A stretch of DNA of 64,000 nucleotides from Octopus vulgaris (Eukaryota), in NCBI GenBank assembly GCA_951406725.2, contig OX597821.1, positions 83,142,001-83,206,000 on the forward strand, in the 5' to 3' direction. The position numbers were made by a program, and so were the translations under genes. The notes under the pieces are model-generated. The model was not told where the DNA came from. It did not search any database and saw nothing but the letters and a program-made list of their open reading frames with translations. Position 1 is the first letter of the stretch. Every line of letters begins with the position of its first letter. Shown piece after piece: positions 60,885 through 64,000 of this stretch.

Positions 60885-62952
60885 GCCGTTGTTATCGTTG
60901 TCGCCGTCGTCGCTGTCGTCGACGTAGTTGTCATCGTCAACGTTATCTTCACCGTCGCCGTCGCCCTCATCCTCATTATAGACAACTCTTTCGGTGATTT
61001 GCCTTATATCAGTCCTATTGACTACATCCCCATAATATCCTACTGCATCACCCTCAATTAACCCACAAGCCTCCAAAAGTTTCAACCAGTGCTGACACTG
61101 ATTATGCACAAAGGTTTCTTTACCCATAATAAAATAGTGTTTTCGTAAAGACAAGGCGCATGATAATGAATGGTTCCAATGGTTAGCCATTCATGCTAAC
61201 CACCCCCCAGCAGATGTTACTGTGCGTTATGGCTATCAGAGCTTATGGACAGGACCGAAACCGGTTATTGTGAAGACAGCCGTGAAATATTAATGATCGA
61301 CCCCATCGAAAACTTTCGGTTGATATAAGCTGATCGGAACCCCACCCGTGCCAGGTTCTTTACCCACGCTCTCTGCCGTGTATCGATCTGTTCGAGTAGG
61401 CGCATGTTTACGCATCACCATTCAGACCACCGACGACAAGCGCCGTCCTCTTCGTTAACACCTTCGTCAAAACTGTTTTTAAAAGGGTTATGTGATAGTT
61501 CAGGTGACACACCAGATATGAGACAAAGGAATGTTTTCATGCCAAGACCTCGTTGAAGAATAGCTCCTCGACGGAACTGAATTGCCTGGCTCGAGTGCTT
61601 TTAAAAATATAATAACAAAGTAATATCAAATGGTTACAAACGTATGGTGTCAAACAACGTGAAGTTATATATATAGAAAAGAAAATGAGGGGAAGATCAA
61701 AAACTTTATAAATAATTGGACATATTTTAAGATCTAAATAAATCATGATAGTCTCCTTCGGACTACGTGGGGGACTGTTCTGCAATTTTCTTGCTTAGCA
61801 AGTTACACAAATGACTTATTTATTGTGTATTATCAAATGTTTGTATTCACTCCCCCCTTCCATCCATCCAATTGCATATTGGTTATCCGAGTGCACCACA
61901 GGTTAGGTATGGAAGTGATAGCAAAGCAACTTGAAATGTAATGTTTTGCGTTCATGATCACAACACTTCATCCGGTCCAGGAAATAAAAACGTGACTTCA
62001 TGATCGTGAATGCAGCATGCTACGACATGTGGCCTCATGAATAAAACATATGCAATAAAACAGATAAAATAGTTAATTTCAAGATAACATTCTTTAAAGC
62101 TAAACTAATATTATAATAAATTATTTTAAATAAATAATATAGAAAATAGAAATTTTACATTCTTAAATAGATAATATAGATATAAAAAAAACATTAATAA
62201 ATATAATTAGATCTTTTAAAATAGATAATATAGATAATGAAACATAAATAAATATTATACTTAAATATTTCAAAATACATAATGTAGATAATAATATAAA
62301 TAATTATATAAAAATAAACGATAATTATAAAAAGATAAAAATCTAAGATGTCATGACGAGTAGGTAGGTCAACCTACCTAAATGTGATTGAAAACGCGCA
62401 AAGTAGTTTGGGTCAGAGAGCATCTCGTAGCACTAGGCTCCTACCAGACACTGAAATACATGAAAGTGAATGTGAGTATCCTTGGGGCTTGACTGTAAAA
62501 GCACTTGCTCCCATCTTGCTCGAAAATTGCACAGCAGTAGTTCATAAACCGCTCCTGTATTGTTTAAACAAGGAATCTATCATTTGAGTGTTCCAAAAAG
62601 TTGTTTTGTCCTTACTCCTCTTCAGTTCTACGTGAAGGCGGCATAAGTCTCCTCCTCCTCCTCCTCCTCACACTTTTCGACTTGCCTTCTCTCTGGTCGT
62701 TTGACACTGCTGTTATTGGAACTTGGTGCTTAATAAAACTTTAGAAATGGACTAGATAGGCTAGTTTTAAGATTATTGCAGACAATACCGTGGTCTTCAA
62801 CGATATACTAATTTTCGAATATCTCTTGAATTCCCGCGGTTCATTTCAGCCTCTGCGAACAAGAGATCGTCTTCATTGTTTCATTTGATGTCTTTTGTTA
62901 GTTTTAAGATAAAAAAAACCAATGTTGTTCAGTTTTGATCAGTAGTTCTCAT

Positions 62953-63113
62953 AGGCGCAGGAGTGGCTGTGTGGTAAGTAGCTTGCTTCCCAACCACATG
63001 GTTCCGGGTTCAGTCTCACTGCGTGGCACCTTGGGTAAGTATCTTCTTTAGCCTCGGGCCGACTGAAGCCCTGTGAGTGGATTTGGTAGACGGAAACTGA
63101 AAAGAAGCCCGTC

Positions 63114-63168
<55 letters not shown>

Positions 63169-63418
63169 AATAATATATATATATATATATATATATTCGT
63201 GTGTGTGTTTGTGTGTCTGTGTTTGTCCCCCAACATCGCTTGACAACCGACGCTGGTGTGTTTATGTCCCCGTAACTTAGCGGTTCGGCAAGAGAGACCG
63301 ATGGAATAAGTACTAAGCTTACAAAGAATAAGTCCTGGGGTCGATTTCCTCGACTAAATGCAGTGCTCCAGCATGGCCGCAGTCAAATGACTGAAACAAG
63401 TAAAAGATTAAAAGATTA
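62953..63418 (+). mobile_element. SINE family 1, full length
   Basis: aggcgcaggagtggctgtgtggtaagtagcttgc..(TA)n..gactgaaacaagtaaaagattaaaaga. Confidence 0.92.
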
Positions 63419-63801
63419 TTGAGTTCTTGGATGATTATCATGTGCCCGTTTGCCGAGGAAATCGTTGTTCTTATCCGCTATGAATATAATGATACAGGTG
63501 AAATGTAGCAAATTCGTATCCTGTCTCTAGCGCGTGGCTATGACATTAAGGAATTGCTCTGGGTCAAACTAACATGTTGTAGCGGCGGTAGCACAATAAA
63601 ATCGAATTGATTTGTTGATTAGTAGCGTTCAGTACCTGTTATAGACTGGAAATCGATCCAAGATGAAGATTTGTCTTATATCTATCGCAAGGTAAGTAAC
63701 TGCCTAACTGACAGGTCGTGGAGTCATATGAATTAAAATTTTTGTTTTGCTGACCACAGGCACTTACACTGGCCGCGTTCGAAAGTAATCTGAACAAGGT
63801 C

Positions 63802-63955
63802 CACGCATGGCTGTGGTTATTAAGCTGGCTTCCCGACCATGTGATCATGGTTTCAGTCCCATTGTGTGGCATGATATTTTCTATTATAGCCTCAGGCCAT
63901 CTAAAGCCTTGTGACTAGATTTGGTTGATGAAAACGGTAAGAAGCCCATCGTGTA
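63802..63955 (+). mobile_element. SINE family 1, diverged 5' half
   Basis: tggctgtggttattaagctggcttccc..ttcagtccca..tatagcctc..aaagccttgtga. Confidence 0.7.
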
Positions 63956-64000
63956 TGTACTATATATGTATGTGTGTGTGTGAGCGCGCGTGGACGTTTT

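Noticed and set aside
60990-61480. GC-richer unique stretch and ORF 60792-61190
   Set aside because: The ORF runs into a simple repeat and a SINE head; no family motif could be assigned.

Overview
This is an AT-rich, microsatellite-saturated eukaryotic intergenic or intronic window, most likely from a cephalopod (Octopus) genome. That assignment is inferred from the recurring tRNA-derived SINE families and the extreme microsatellite load. I found no convincing host-gene exon, rRNA, true tRNA or CRISPR array, and almost all ORFs in the track are microsatellite translations. The window is a dense nest of mobile elements. These include at least four tRNA-headed SINE families (30+ copies) with shuffled modules, and non-LTR retroelements of several clades: CR1-like RT with an open frame, Tx1/L1-like, R4/Dong, HERO, CRE and RTE. 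It also holds a Neptune-type Penelope-like element, mariner/Tc1/rosa-like DNA transposon remnants, a Helitron helicase remnant and several palindromic MITEs. Five observations stand out. (1) A Penelope-like unit has a terminal repeat made of a long degenerate (CA)n array plus a minimal hammerhead-ribozyme motif; it occurs in 3 copies, and there are further orphan hammerhead-like motifs. (2) An ORF1-only Tx1-like element sits between two (ATCT)n arrays, and its 3' tail is shared with a SINE family. (3) A non-coding ~555-bp element is associated with (AAT)n tracts. (4) The SINEs show combinatorial head/tail swapping. (5) An old Dong/Tx1 composite unit is present in three copies. All family assignments come from motif recognition by eye; no database searches were run.
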